Assembly (NCBI GenBank): GCA_000934665.2
Contig: KZ538494.1
Coordinates: 124,001 to 188,000, forward strand
Reading direction: 5' to 3'
Length of the DNA: 64,000 nucleotides
From: Catajapyx aquilonaris
Taxonomy: Eukaryota
Positions 1-15,000 of the stretch are shown in pieces; within the stretch, counting starts at the first letter, position 1; every line of letters begins with the position of its first letter. Under the pieces are notes generated by a model. That model was not told the origin of the DNA. It was given only the letters and a program-made list of their open reading frames with translations, and did not search any database. The position numbers and the translations under genes are program-made.

Positions 1-2160
1 ATAAAGGGACGCATCTGGAGAGCGTTTGTTGAGGCCCACCTCCCAGGATGGCGGTCACTGGGCAAGTAGGCGATTGGTCTAGAGCTCTGGAGAAAGTCAG
101 GTTATGGGTTGTGACTATAGGCAATTTCTCTTGCGGAAAGGTACAGGACGATAAGAGGGAGAAATGTTTAGTCCCCTTGATCTAGCAGGACGAGATTGGG
201 GAAAAGTCTATCATTCATCTATCAAGCAGTATTCCCAGGTTTTATCATAAATAACGATACCTTATTATTAAATTATTACCGGCACGTAAATACGTAAATG
301 AGAAAAATAATTATTATTTATGTGCTACTTGTGCCATTGCATTTGTATTATACGTACCGTATAATAAACGGGCCACTATAGGCCACTGTAATTTAGTGCA
401 CCTCAAATTAACATGCTCCCCCAAAAATCACTTCTCACTTAGATGAATCCGCTCTAAAACTGGTATTAAATTAAAATACAATTTCATATGTGCTAAGTTT
501 TCGTTCTGCAGCATTCGTTTATCCCATCAAATATTGTCAAATGCCTCGTCCGCCTTGTAAATATTTTATTTTAACTTCGAGAGTAAGGTTTTGTAGGTCA
601 TATTGCACATGAGAGGCCCGAGAGTAACTTACAGAAGCGACCTGATAAACCTTGAACCTTGGATTGTTTGTATTATATGTGAATCAGCAGACTTCGGCTG
701 CTTGGATCGACTAAGTGAGAGCATTTACGACTTTTGTCACCCCCATGCATTGCCCAAAATTAATTTTGGTTGTATGGTTGAGCCGGGTTGAGCAGAAGTT
801 ACTCAAGAAAACATACGCGTTTTCATCAGACGTCATATCTACGGTGTCTTCCCATGCCTGACAGGGTGGACTGATTTGCAGATAATCTGACCCAGTTTCG
901 TACATCCGTGGCATCTTCAAGTGGTCCAAGTTTCCTCAAAATCAGCAGAGGTCGGAGAAATTTCCTCCGATAGTGATCGAGTTGACATTCAGGCAACCAG
1001 ACGTTATCCTATCACTCCATGGCTACCCATGAGCCTCCCTTGCCATGCGGTGAGTCTAACTTCCAGGATGAACTCGTGCATCCACAAGCGGACTATTTTC
1101 ACGTCTTTGCTGGGTTTCACGTGCTGCATCAAAATTATGTCGGAAAGTGGGGAAAAGCAGGGGGGTATAATATGGCAAACATTATAATCACCTCACACAA
1201 GCAGTCAATAAAAATTCTCGCAAAAATATTTCTCTTGTTAATTAACAGCGGGTGCCTCTTCGTTTTTAATCGAATAAGCAAATGTTCCGCGGCCACGTTA
1301 TGGTAACAGAGCACCGCATCGTTCTGTTTGATAAGCCTCGGTGATCAAATTTTTCCGCGCTCAAGTGCCAGTTTACTAGAACAGGGACTAGACGAATTAT
1401 TTTCAAAACTAATTGCCAACCTATGAGACTACCACACAGATTACCTACAATGACTTTAATTAAATAGTTAGGGACATTATTGCAAGTGATACTCTTGAAA
1501 CTAGAGTATGCAAGGTAATAAGTAATTGCAAGATTTTCTTCAGATAAGGCGACCTTTGGTCTGGTCTTTGAATAGGCAAAGAGATCTGCATAACTCAGCG
1601 CGCGAACTTCTTCTCTGATTAACAATTTCGCGATGCCAAGTATTGCGGAAATGCCTATGGTAATGATTTTGATTTGTGAAAAATGATACAATTTCCGAAT
1701 AAAGGAATATTTCAGGGGAATGTATTTCTTTTATCTTTAAAATAATCCTAAATAGCAATACTAAGGCACTCACTCTAGTGCTCCGGCATGAGGGCAGTGA
1801 TATGCACAGTGCAAGTTTTACATGTCAGTACTGCATAATTGGAGCATACTGTACATGTCGGAGTCAACCATGTGGAGGACACGGAAGTAATAATAGCTGT
1901 CAGTGTTGGCTCTGTCCTCTGCATGGAATACATACATGTACCCATGAACATGGCTACAAACCTAGGCACGTAATTGCCAAGATTAGTATACTACCTGATA
2001 CAGTAATGCATTGGCAATGTGGCGTAAATATGGATAGAAAATATTCGTTTAATTACCCACGGCAAATGAGGCTCCGATGATAAAGTTTCATCATAACTGA
2101 CTTGATTGTTGTTCAAGATATCCCACAAATGTAAATACATCCGGTTAACATGTTACAACT

Positions 2161-2316
2161 GTTGATGCAAAATGTGGCCACTTTTTGAATATATAAACCT
2201 TTTCCTTAATCTACTTTTTCATCGTTTTCTCTATTTCTCACCAAATGGTCTGCTAGGTTCATGTGGATTTAAGTGATACTCTTCATTGGACTGCATAATT
2301 TTCCTCACATTGTATA
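2161..2316 (+). mobile_element. Possible 3' remnant of an old Tc1/mariner element
   Basis: Reads VDAKCGHFLNI*, resembling the transposase C-terminal CIDAxGGHFE motif. About 110 bp later is a TIR-like end CACATTGTA-TA. Weak. Confidence 0.25.
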
Positions 2317-3030
2317 TAAAACGGCAAATGAGAGACATATATGAATACAATTTATCAGACTCACGGCGATATGGCTAGAAGGATGATTCAGTGGCCATTC
2401 ATTTTGTCACAAAGAGAAGTTGTATGGTCAGCTCGACTACATTTTTCCCTCCTTAAAACAATAGCCCCGTTTCCCCTGGTGAGAGGCGGATTTTTGTGCG
2501 AATCATATAGCACAATTCCAGCTACAATACTGGGGTACAATTCCTCTCATCGTCTGATATGAGGGTACCCGCCATATAGCGATAAATAAATTAATAAAGA
2601 ACCAAAACGTGTTCGACAACTTCGCACTTATCAGTCATCACTAATGAAGATATCAGGTTCTCTGGCACATTTAAAAAAAGGTACATCAACACCATTCTTC
2701 TATCAAACTGAACCATCAAAGAATGCGCCCTGAAGCGACATATTTTACCATAGGCCTATACATAAATATTTATCGCGTACCGCAAGCGACTAATATTCCA
2801 GGTCCAGTCAGAATTTAGATCAGCCATGCACTGGCAATATTTCATATCGCAGCATACAGCAAAATGCAATTCCATGTGATTTTTTCCCCATGAGCACTGG
2901 AAAACGTTCGCCGTTTCCGTGGTGATCAGTTTTAACGCCTGCGATACAAGGCCTGCAATCCACAATATTGATGCTTGGAATAGGGATTTTACCCGCCGCA
3001 AAATGCATGTTCCTCCATGCCCCCCATTTT

Positions 3031-3045
3031 TCTCTCTCTCTCTCT
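3031..3045. repeat. Short (TC)7 microsatellite
   Basis: Read directly. Confidence 0.9.
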
Positions 3046-6000
3046 AGATAACAGAGGCCTCCAATAACCCGCAGCAGTCTTAAGACTTCAACCAGGAGTC
3101 ACGGCCATAAATTGAATGACTTATATTGATTCCGTCGCGTGATTCGTACAAATCTTGACCCCGCGTGCCATTGTTAGCATAGTGACTTTCCGCCATCACA
3201 ATCGGAGACCGATAATTGGGCCGCAAATTTAGAAAATTGCCGTCGCTACACTCATGCCAGGACTACCCGATCAGGCAGGCAGGCCTATTTTCCATCAGGC
3301 TCGTCCGAGTGGATTTTAAGAATGAACTATGTGGATGGGCCCTGCTGGATGGGTGGGTGGGAAGCAATTATGTTGAGTCGCTCGCGAATTAATAAACAAA
3401 CAGCATATAATCGGATGTGCAGCGATGAAGCTCATTAATTCCAGCACGATAATCGCATATGCGAGTGTGGGAGGAGGGGTGATATCGTTAATCTCCCATC
3501 GGCCGCGGATTGGTACTAAGCTGGTGGGCCCCCTCTGTTTTTTCGGGTCTGGGTCTGGAGGGGGGTGGGGGGACCTGGTTGGTGGAAGTGGGTGGGGAAT
3601 AGCTTCACATCTCGGTCTGCATGGAAGGGACGAGTCGGCAAGGCCGCAAATCCAATTGGGAAGTGGATCGAGACCATTCGTGTCTTTTTCCTGACGTCGC
3701 TCACCTCGGGGATTCTCCGCCTTCCTCCGCCTCCCAGTATTCTACCCACCTCCCAACAATGGTAGGGGGAATGAGAACCGTTTTATTCCAGACCCCCCCC
3801 CCCCTCCCCTTTCCGAACGATCCGCCTGCTGCCTGTAGTGTAGAGCAATCTACACTGACTTTTCCACCTATGGGATCGATATTAGAAGCGACTAGCACAA
3901 AAGAGGGACTAACGGCAGAGCGGGGTTAGGAAGGGTCCCGGGCATGCAGCATTTGTCTTTGTCTATTCTCCACCAATGCTGCATTCCTTTTGTCTCTAAT
4001 TGTAATCTCGGCAGCTCAACTCTGTCCCGTGTCTGATTGGTCCTGAGGCTAAATCTCTATTAGGCCTTTATGCAAAATCTAGCAGTTTCAAAACGGATCC
4101 CGTTCCTTCACTTCGGTTCCGGCTCCTTAATGATCTAGGGTGCTGAAACCACTTGCACCAGGAGTCCAAGAGAGTTCTTTCCAGCCGCTTTGAGAACTCT
4201 TCCAAGGGGAACCGACCCATTTAATTTTACGGAAATTGATGAAAAATTCAGCCAACAAATTAGCTCATGCTTCGGTGATTTGGGCGCCACATGCACTACC
4301 TAATAAGGAAAGGCGTGCCATATTTATTCTAGGGCCAACTAGTTGACACGGGTAGTGCACAATATTTCCAATTTTTAATACGACACGCCTAACACTTAGG
4401 CCGCCTAGTGACCGACCATTCATTTATACGGCACATGCTCAGATGGCTCAGGTCCAAACAAACAGGGACATTTTACCACTATCAGCCACTGGACAGCAAC
4501 GTAAAACAAGTAGAACAATCCACACCGCACCAGTTACTGCCCCAAAGGTGTGCTTGATTTTTGAGTACATGGGCGCACGCGGCATCACTTGTTGTCATCT
4601 GACAACCCCCATAGTCGCACGAGTGTGACCAGCTCGTTACAGGCGCCGTTCTAATAGACTCCATTTTCATGAATAAAACCCGGATGAAAATTGCCCCTCT
4701 CTGTCTATTCGGGTTGAGGCCACATTGCAAGCAGTTTAAGGCCAGGCCAAGTGCAATTGGGCAGAGTTGAAAAAAGGGGAGCTTCAACAGCACAAGCAGC
4801 CATAGTTGGTTAATTAAAGTGCAGTGGAACGAGTCAGCAAGTGAGGAAGCGGAATACGAGAGATTCTATTAGAGGGCGCCAAGTAAGAGGCCGGATTGGC
4901 ATCGATTCCTCCCGCAACTCGACTCGACTTAGATCTCAGGAAAACCCTGAGGGAGCTCCGTGTGGCCTGAGAAACTCTGGCAGGCAGCAGACACCTGTCC
5001 ATCACCCAACATTGCCCTGATCCAATTTACCCCCAGTCTCTCGCTCTCCCGCTCTCGATATGTCTCCCAGGGCTGCTCTATCAAGTCGCTATATGGCCGC
5101 CGGCTGACTTTCATCAATTGACAGAACATCTTTTCCACACAGTGGACTTGACCAACTTTCACCCTTCTAGCCCTCCAGCCCTTAAGTACGGTGGTATAGT
5201 TCTCACTGAAGCCACCCGGAATTTCTGAGAGAAGGTGATTTCGTTGCCTCCGTGTCAGGTCAAATGAAAAGTAGGTTGCAGCGATTATATACGGACACTT
5301 CTCGCATGTCGGATTTCCCCCCTGAACCGCTCATTTGGGGTGACGGATGAAATTCACGGAGAAAGGAGAAATTATTAACTGGATATCAGGTTATACGAGG
5401 CACAAAAAGTAAGAGTTTCGTCATTTTCAAGTTCATTAACCCTCGTCATGCCTACACTTAACACACCAACTGCATTAATAGTTCCCGTTGTCGATTATTC
5501 AATATGCAAATGCACCCAATACCCAATATGTACCCAATACATGCCATTTTCAGTTAGGCAACAAGACTACGGTAGTCAGTGATCACTATATGCAGCTTTA
5601 TTCGGATGTCACTTTCTTATTTTTCCTAAATTGACAAATCTGACAATACATTGGGAAAGCATGTGTCTAAAAGTCAACACAAACAATGACATACGCCACC
5701 GCATTATGGTCAGTAATTTGGACATGGGCGCCCTGCAATCGTGGCTGAATCATGTCACGGCACCTTGCAATTACAGTATTAGTGAAATGGAGAGTACTGA
5801 CCTACAAAGAACCACAGTTCAGTAAAAAGTATGCTACGTAGTAACCCTGTGTGTCGCATGTAATTATGAGTATAATATTAACAATGCTACAACAAAATTA
5901 CTACAGTGCGAAATGTATTTACACCAAGCTCATGCCCATGCAATGTGTATACTGTAGCATTCATATATGCCTTCTTTCCTAGTTCCTTCCGCTTCAACAC

Positions 6001-9000
6001 CGATGCGCACAATTACGATTATCGTCGCAGACATTGTCATGTCGAGCAGTTCGCAGGTATAGTATTGCCAACACATTGCTATACTCAAGATAGAAAAGTT
6101 CCATCCCGGAAAGACAATAACTTAAAAGGCTTGGAACAACTTTTCATCCTAATTGCTTCGTTTGTGTCACGACAAGCAGGAAGAATTAATGCTCAGGTCT
6201 TATCAGAAGCAAAGAGAAAAAGAAATACTCAAAAAGCCTAGAATGTTTTAAAAAATAACAACCTGAGGCAAGAGCGCGATAAATGCCTCGCTACCAGTTC
6301 AGTCGGATACAATGAGAACCTGGCCTTTCGTGGAAGGAAGTGCTTCCATGCGAAATGTCTCTAGCCCATCACTACAAACAGAAAGGTCAAAAGACACCCC
6401 CCACCCCACCCACCCACTCTTCCAAGTTGAGTTTCGCCTTGTCCACTAGGCACTTGACAAAGCGCCATGCCCACTCGTAACTTTTTAACATTATCTCCTC
6501 ACTAGGTGTATAGCTGGTAGGAACTAAATCTTGTAGTTGGACAAATCAAAGACAGGGTAGTCCATGAAGAGCTTGAGGAAGAGTGACGGGTCCATTGTGG
6601 AAGAATGGAACAAGGCCACCAGAGTCTTATGGAGTCTTGTGAGACGGGGGAGTTGGGTGGGAGGGAGGCTGGGGGGAAGGAAGGAAGAGAGAGGAATCCA
6701 GGGCGATGCGCTGTGAAATCCCTTTTGGAAGATTGATGAGTTTTTGCGGGCTCCCCTTCGCTTGCCGCCAGCTCTTTTCCACAAAATAATTAACTTGGCC
6801 AATATTTATCCTGCGAATCAATTAGTGTCTTTTCTGGCCGCACAAGCAAAGCGGCTTAAAGAGGGAGAGGAGGACGGGAGGTGGAGGAGGAGTGGGAGTG
6901 GCAGGTGGGGAGGGCAGCTCTCCTCCTGTTGTTGGCTGGCCGTCAAAATCCCTCCATAGGATTATGCGCTTTGCTTCTAACGCCCTCGGAATTAAGTCGC
7001 CTTTTCCACCACAACTCTTTACTACTACTTCTAAGGCCTATCTTGAATAGTCAATCAGCTTTGGTGTTCAAATGTAAATATCAACCAGGTCGAAACAGCA
7101 ATAATGACAAAATGGAGGTCACATCATCGAGTAATGACACCACCCAATAAATAACATCTGATCCGCGACACCACGGTTTAAGTATATGAAATCTTGCAGG
7201 AGAAAACTTGCAATTTCAACATGAAACAGCGCAAATGGAGGCGTCGTGTGCTCATTAGAAGTACAGCAACACTTAAAAGTTAGACAAACTAGCTTGGCAA
7301 CAATAGGCCGGCAGAAGGTAAAGAAGGCAAGCGTTTTCCCGGGCAAATGAGGTAGCAGCCGACTTCGAGGCCACCATAAGTGAACAGATTTAGCAAAGTT
7401 TTTCACCCATTTCGGCCGCCACCTAATTAAATAACGGTGCGTGGACTCGAATCAGCAGCTATATAATATATATTTCGCCCCCTCTCCCCATTCCGAGGGT
7501 CCTGAGGGAGTACAGAACAGGAAACAAGGAAGTTTCACCACGTGCTAGTGGTCTCTTTCCCAAATAATCCATGACAGCAGCTGTGTTTTGCAACCCTCTC
7601 TTGCTCCGGAACATCGCCCAGGCCTAAGCTTGGGCTTGGTGCCGTATGGTGTCTTTATTCCATAGGTTTTGCACTTCCTTCCTTCCGGAGAGAGGAGGTG
7701 GAAAAGCACCGGGGGGGGGGGGGAGATGATGGGGGGTTGGGGATATACCGTCATAGCCCACAGCCCCCTTCACAAGCTCCCGCCCTAGCCCGTGGCCTAG
7801 ACACGAGTGAGCAGCAACGCAAACACAATTCATCAGCTTCATGGACACAGGCACGCCCGCTTGTAGTTGAGCTATGTCTTAAAAGTCACGGGGAGGCTGT
7901 CTGTGGGGGGAAATTACCCACGTTGTGTGGGGGAGAAAATGACGGGAGGGAAAATTACTCTTTTAAAAACTGTTCACTCGATCCCTCCCATGTGGCGCCC
8001 TGTGGATATACCCAGCGTTCCTCTCCAAGTATACATTCGATTCCCAGAGTGATTGCCCCCCATCTGGTCATGAGCAGTAATCTGCGGAAATTATGATAAT
8101 TAAGTCGGATTTTTTTCCGGATCCATCTGAAATGAAGAGCACTGGCGTTTACATCAGTGACGATATCGTTGATTCAGCATTGTATGGGTGAAATTTGCCC
8201 TGCCTAACGCAATGTATGCGCCAATGAACCTTTTTGCGTGCCAAATGGTCAACCGGATGGATTTCCGACATCAATTCCGGCGACAATGAAGCAAACACGA
8301 CAGCTCTGCAATTGTGGTACGCCTTGGCAGTCACTCGCAGAGGCCAGTCAAACATATCGGAAACGTATATCTGAGAGCATAATTACATAGCCAATTGACA
8401 CCAATTTGAAACCAAAACTGAAACCAAATGATACGCACGGCTCTTGGTTAGAGAGAAATGCACACATGTGTTCCGCCCAAAAGATCAAATGGAAACTCAC
8501 CTACCAATGAAAGCAATTATTCCGTAATTATATTTTAGTGCAAAAAATGACAATAATGCTCTTAAACTTTAATGCCACGTCGTCGGATTAAGTCGTCATC
8601 CTGCCTCGGTTGGATTTCAATTCACATCTCTTCCGTCCGCATGTCCCCTACTATCCATTATGTAAAATAATAGTCCTTCACACATTAGAGGAGATAGCGA
8701 AGCAATAACCCAGTTATATATGGCACCAAGGGCGGACGGTTCCATTTCTAAAGCTATAACTCGCTACATTCACAGGTACAACGTGAATTCGTCATGACTA
8801 TCAAAATGCGGGGTCCTCAGTAATTCCGCTTATCGCAAAAGTGGTTTGTTTCCTCATGTCATGAGGTTATCCATAATTTAAGCACTACCTCACGGTATAG
8901 GATGGCTATCATAATACTATATACTTATTTGGCAAAAACAAGCGCTTTTGAAAGGTCCCACGATAGTGAGAAAGATGTGTCATAGATTTTTGTGGATTCT

Positions 9001-12000
9001 GCGCTGATCAAAAATAAATCGTTTACAAATGCTAAACTTGCAGCATGAAACCTGTATTTAATGGGCAGTTAAAAATTGCCTTATCGTAGTAGTCTGCGAA
9101 GTTTATCGCCTTCTGAATGGCACGGGAGGATTATCATGGACAAGCGGCATAACAAACTATACAGTTGTGGAGGCATGCATAGAAAAATCAGGCAGTTGAT
9201 ATTACGTTGGATTTGTTAAACGCCTGATGGGGGTTTGGGTTTTGCCCTTGCTTTTGTATTTGCTATACATTTGATTGTAATTATTGTGTGTTAATAAATA
9301 GGGGGACTGGATGATAAAGATGGTGCAGGGTCCTGATGGGGCTAGGTCACCACTGTCCCTATTAAAGTACCTTCGACAATGCAGAATTTTTATAATTATC
9401 AGCCATGTTGAAGCCGCGAGCTCTTTGTTATAATCAGCCAACATGCTGTAGTGATCTTACACAACCTCGATGATATACCACCCTCAACTTTCCAACAGAT
9501 TTTCCCAGGATTTCCCCATAATATTGCTCGAGTCCATTCTCCCATCAACTGGTTGCATATAAAATGTGAGCGAGTCGAGTTGCGGAAACAAATAATTCCA
9601 TTAAAAATTTTAATATGCCAACATCATTCAAATGTCACCGGGAATGCAATGAGGAATGATCGGAATGGCAATTACAGTGATTTACTGTGATCAATCTATT
9701 CGTCCTATGGGAGAACTAAAATTGCCTTTCGGTGAAACGGCCGTTTTCAAACTGCGCAATTGATTAAAGAGTAATTGGTCACCGGGTTACAGGTACCACA
9801 AGGCGACATCGCCGACATTTATTTGCAACATCAAGACTTGAACTAACTACCAGATGGGTACCGCATGTAAGTCACTCAACCTGTCCAGAATGTGTGACCA
9901 TTTTTCTCTTTCATCCCTTTGCCTCTCGCCAGACAATCCAATCCTACAAGACATATATGCCCTCCTTCCGCACCAGCCTTTACTCACTGACTGTCAGTCG
10001 GTCAGTAAGTGGCGAAAGACAAGCGAAGTCTACAGCTGCGACTATGTTTCTCTCCCTGCAGAGCCCAGGCCTACAACGCATCGCCATTCGTGAAAGTGCT
10101 TTTAGTTCCCATAGCGATAAATGGCGAGGAGCGTCACTCGGCTTTCAAACAAGACCCAGCCGACGGATAAGATTACTGTTTACCTCCGCACTACCCCGCC
10201 TCCTAAAGCTAGTCCTGGAAAACGACTCCTGCAACTAGGAAAGGTAGACCCTACCCATCAAATATCGCATATACGCACCATGTATATATAAAAAAAGTGG
10301 ACCACTCATTAAGAGGTAATCGGTCCTCATTTGAGCCTAAAAGCCTCAGCATGCGTGTGCACTTTTTTTTCGCCCTTACCCCGGTACGGAGCTTAAAAAT
10401 GGTGGCGTGCGGAACAAACTGCTGTGTCATAAATTTCGCTACTTTTTTTTCTCCTCTCTCACAATCGCGTTGCGGCGAACCATCCAAAGGGCCAATATTG
10501 TAGAAGCGAGAGATGTGCTGCACATAAGGGCATGAGTGAAGCCAGTGACGGTCACATCCTCAACGCAGCAAACAAACTAAGCAAAAATCAAGCCAGGGCG
10601 AGAGAGGACCCAAAATTTCGTATTGATCAACGAGTGGTACGTGTGTCACAGACGACCTTATAACAGCTTTTTGGCCCTGTCAAAACCTGGCTTCCCAGCC
10701 ACCCAACTTAAACCACTTCCCCCCATCTCCTAACCGGATAATGATATTGCGGGGAAATTGGTGCCATCCGATTCTTCACACGCGGCAGATGAGACCCATT
10801 CGCCAAAAACCAATACCCAACTCCCCTATGGATCGGATTGGGCTGAAGTGGCCGCAGGTGCGCGCAACCCCGGCATCACATATTGGACTGCGTGTTGGAA
10901 ATTTTTTGGGGGGAAAAAATGCTCCGTTAAAATATGCCCAATTAAATCCAGTAGCAGCAACCCTCAATGCAACCGGAATTCTACCAATAACTTGGTATTC
11001 TCAGAGGATGCCCTGAAAAAAGGCACCCCGTGGACTTAGGCTCTCCCTTTCTTTCTCTCGCCGAGAGGACAATCAGTGTGAATCCATTGTACGCTTGAAT
11101 GAGATCTCCCCAAATGGTATCCTATAAGTAAGGCATCCTAGGCAATTCCTAAAAGAAATCCCCACGTGGAGGGAATCACTTAAGGCACTTCCGTTGAGTG
11201 ACTTTCCCACTAGTCTTCCGGGCTCTATTCAGAACCGTTTGCGCCTTAGAAGCAAAACCTTATTCCTCAGATTTTCTTTGCACCTTTCTTGTGTCTGGAT
11301 ACATGCTTAGAACCCTTTCGATCTTATTGTATAGGCAACTTCAAAATTGTAGCAGCTTTCAAAACGATACCGACTAGTATAACAGAAATGGCCAAATCTT
11401 TCAATAAGTGTGCGTTAAAATTTCCCACGTTACGAGTGATAAGTAAACAAAGTTATCCGGCCCAAACTTGTGGGTATAGATACGTGAGCTGTGAACCGTT
11501 CTTATATTATCATAAAGATGGCATTCTTCAGCAAGCAAGGCGGTCTGCTTCAGTAGAGAAATCCTATCTTATGGGGGCAGAGCATCTTCGCGTCAACGGC
11601 TAAGGAGACTCAATTACCTCCAGTCACGTCAGTCTGTTTGCTTCTTTCCTTTGATCTTGCTTGCATTTCGCGCGTTTGGAGACCCAATCAACGTTTATTT
11701 TTGGCAGCCCTTCTTACGTTCTGCTAGTCTGTCGAATCTGGTCAGAATATTCAATTTCGCGCTCACTACTTGGGATGGACATCTCGAGTACACACTGTCG
11801 ACAAATAACTTGTAATCACACTGAATGACTACCAGATATATGAGTCATTCGGGTTATACCGATTGCTGTTATGGCACAAGTGTCCGTAAATTGAAGATTA
11901 TGAAATAAAGAGTAATTGTAATGATCTCTTTTGATGTCAAGAAAGGTAATCTCCATGAGCAAGAACAATGAAAAAAACATCATTAATAAATGTTTCTGTA

Positions 12001-15000
12001 ATAAGGTGTAAAAATAACTGTTACATCAGAAATTGTGTAATAGCACAAGCAGTCATCCAGCTATTCATCTCCCCAAACGCGATGCCGTGACAAAGTGTCT
12101 GCCGTCAGTTCAGGTCACATAACGGTCGCAAAACATGTCTCAAGGGGTGAGCATGATGCATACCATACGCACCTGCCAATCAAATGCCCCCGATATTTGA
12201 CAAAGCAAGCCGAAAGCGAGTCCACGGGACATCCCCGCTAACTCAGTGCACACGCAGCCCATACTCCCACCTCGCCATTGAGTAAAACAAGCATTACGTG
12301 AATCGATAGGCAGCCCCATCCGTATACCTGTGCCTGGCATGGTGCCCTTAAAGAGTCATGGGAGACAGATTGACAAAGTTGCTGCCAAGAAAAAGTGCTT
12401 TTCTACCCGTAGACCAGCAGCCTCCCGCCTGGGGAAGGGCGGACCTCCCGCCAGCATGGGCTGGAAATGGGACCTCCAAAATAAAGCCTTCCGCATTTTC
12501 CCAGGCGCAATTTCAAACCCTCCTGCAGAGTCTGCACCCTTCCAGACTCCAGACCCAACATCTACCAATGACGCAGATAGTATGAACCCCCCAACGAACG
12601 AGCGAGGAGGAGCCATTCTCTTTACTACCCTTCTAGGTACTAGGTAGCCCAAGTTATATCAGAGGGAGGGAAAAATACTCACTCTGGATACGGCTGACAG
12701 CTTTCCACCAGCAGTCGTGGTCCGATCTGAAATTAATAAAATATGGAAATTATCTCACATGTCACGATTACAGAGGATAGCACAGAGACCATGTTTCATG
12801 CATACATAATGTGCAGTATTTTTTTAAAAAAATCTGGGGCACCAGAATAAGAAGAATCTGCACAACCTAAAAGAATGTAAAAGCATGGGCTTAAAATACT
12901 ATATATAAAATGGAAATTTTTCCAACATAATGCATTTTGAGGAATTCACAGCTCAGACCTACACTCCCTTTAAAAGTCATGGTGGCAAAAACATGCCTGG
13001 GCTAGAATATGTGCGGTGACAGGAGGACTTCATCCTAAATGTGTTCCAGTATGCAAAGCTACCGGGAAGTCCTCGCTGTCACAAGTGCATATAGTCCGAG
13101 TCAGTTTGCGCGGCAAACCTGACGACAACGCGTGTTTGCAGTATACAACAGTCAGAATGTAATGGGCATTGCACGTCTGTTTTCATTTCTCGCATGCCTA
13201 CATGAACTCGACCAACTGAACCCTTACTGTCTCTTAAAATCCTAGCCGGTAAGGGACTTGACTATTATATGTGTGGAAGTGACCGTTTGAACACCAGGGA
13301 ACTGCTTTTGCACGTCCAACTAACCACACTGAACTACGCTTTTGGACTCTAAACCAAAATAGTACATTACACGCTCTTTAAGCTGGTTACTAGAGCGAAC
13401 ATACGTATAACGTCTTCACCTATTCTTCTCCTGTACTACAGAGTAATGTGTGTCCTTGCATTACATATTCCTTGATGTTACAGTATAATGACATTGATGA
13501 GTAATTTCAGAATGCAAGGATTAGCTGCTTTTACGATGTATGCTCATTGTTTATAACCTGGAATTAAAATATGCATACTGTACTTGCAATACTTAGCATT
13601 AGTGGGCTTAAAGCCTTACAATATATGTTGATCCACACAATTTGGAACCACATGTTCCGCTCCCAACCAGGAGTTTTTATATCAAATTATAATTGCGGGC
13701 TTCTAGAATGCACATAATAGTTTTCAAATAACTGTACTGTATGCCAGTGACCCAAATGGAAAAGCCAAATATTAACATCTCCGCAGGCTAAAGAATACCA
13801 CTGCACTTTCCTCATCTATACATTATTTTGTTAAAAATCCCACAGCTGCATTGGGTCTGTAAATGCACAATATTGCATATTTACCTTTACTTTTCAAAAC
13901 CCTACGCGGGAATATCAACGGGATTTAATTCACCGCAAAATGCATCTTGTTAGTACGGTGACCCATGCAGACTAATCGGAAATCAGATGCGATCAAATAA
14001 AAGCTTGTTAATGTGCCTTCTAATTAGTTCCATTTAAAAATATCAATTTATATGAATATTGGGCGTTAGGTACCCTATACACCACAATTGTAGGAAAGAG
14101 CTGTAGCAATTAGTATTTCGCTATCGTCAATGGCGCGACAACATGAAATATAATCCCTTGTAATGTGCAGAAGAACCTGTCACATAAATAATGCCGCAGC
14201 GGAAATGGCTCATAACAAACATGACAACAAGTGGCACTGGGCCTTTTGTCAATACGGGCAGACCCGTAGCCAGCACCACGGACAAACAACTGTTCAATCA
14301 CTTTTAGAAAATTTGATTGGTTCCGGACCGGGTGGGGCTTGCAAGGCTCATCAACTGCTGCCGGGGGTACGGGTCGTGGGAATAGAATTTATCCTCACAC
14401 TTCAACCCACTCATTAACAACTCGCTGTTTTCTAATTTGGGTAATATATTTATGATGCGGGTCGTACAGGATGACCGGATTCAACCAGGCTCAATGCATC
14501 CAGCGGCTAATGGACTAGTCATTGATTCCTTAACAACCGCCAAGCAAGGAACAACTCGCAAAAATCATGTTGCAGTAGTTTCTGCGGATGCATTATCCAA
14601 AGCTGTTTATCATGTTTTGTGGAATGTGGGCTTGCATCAACTCCAGCCAACTTGGTGTAGCCCCTTCTCAATCAATCAATCTCTACACGGCGGCTACACT
14701 GAAAGAGGACAGCCTCGCGAAAATATAGCCCATGAAACCCGATCCAAAATACAAAAAGCTCCCCCAAAAAATAACACAGGACTTCCAGGCCTCACCAGCA
14801 GGGATGAAGCCAGGGTAAGCATGCATTATGGACCGAACCGCGGATTATATTAGCGATTGGCAAGACCTGAAAAACCTTCTTCCCATTCCTTCCGATATGG
14901 TTCAGCCCTGACATGTTTCTACCATTCTCCGTTAAACTGATGGGCACCGAGGAGCAGAAACGGGATTTCATCCGGATTGATCACGTCCAGGAGCACGTAA

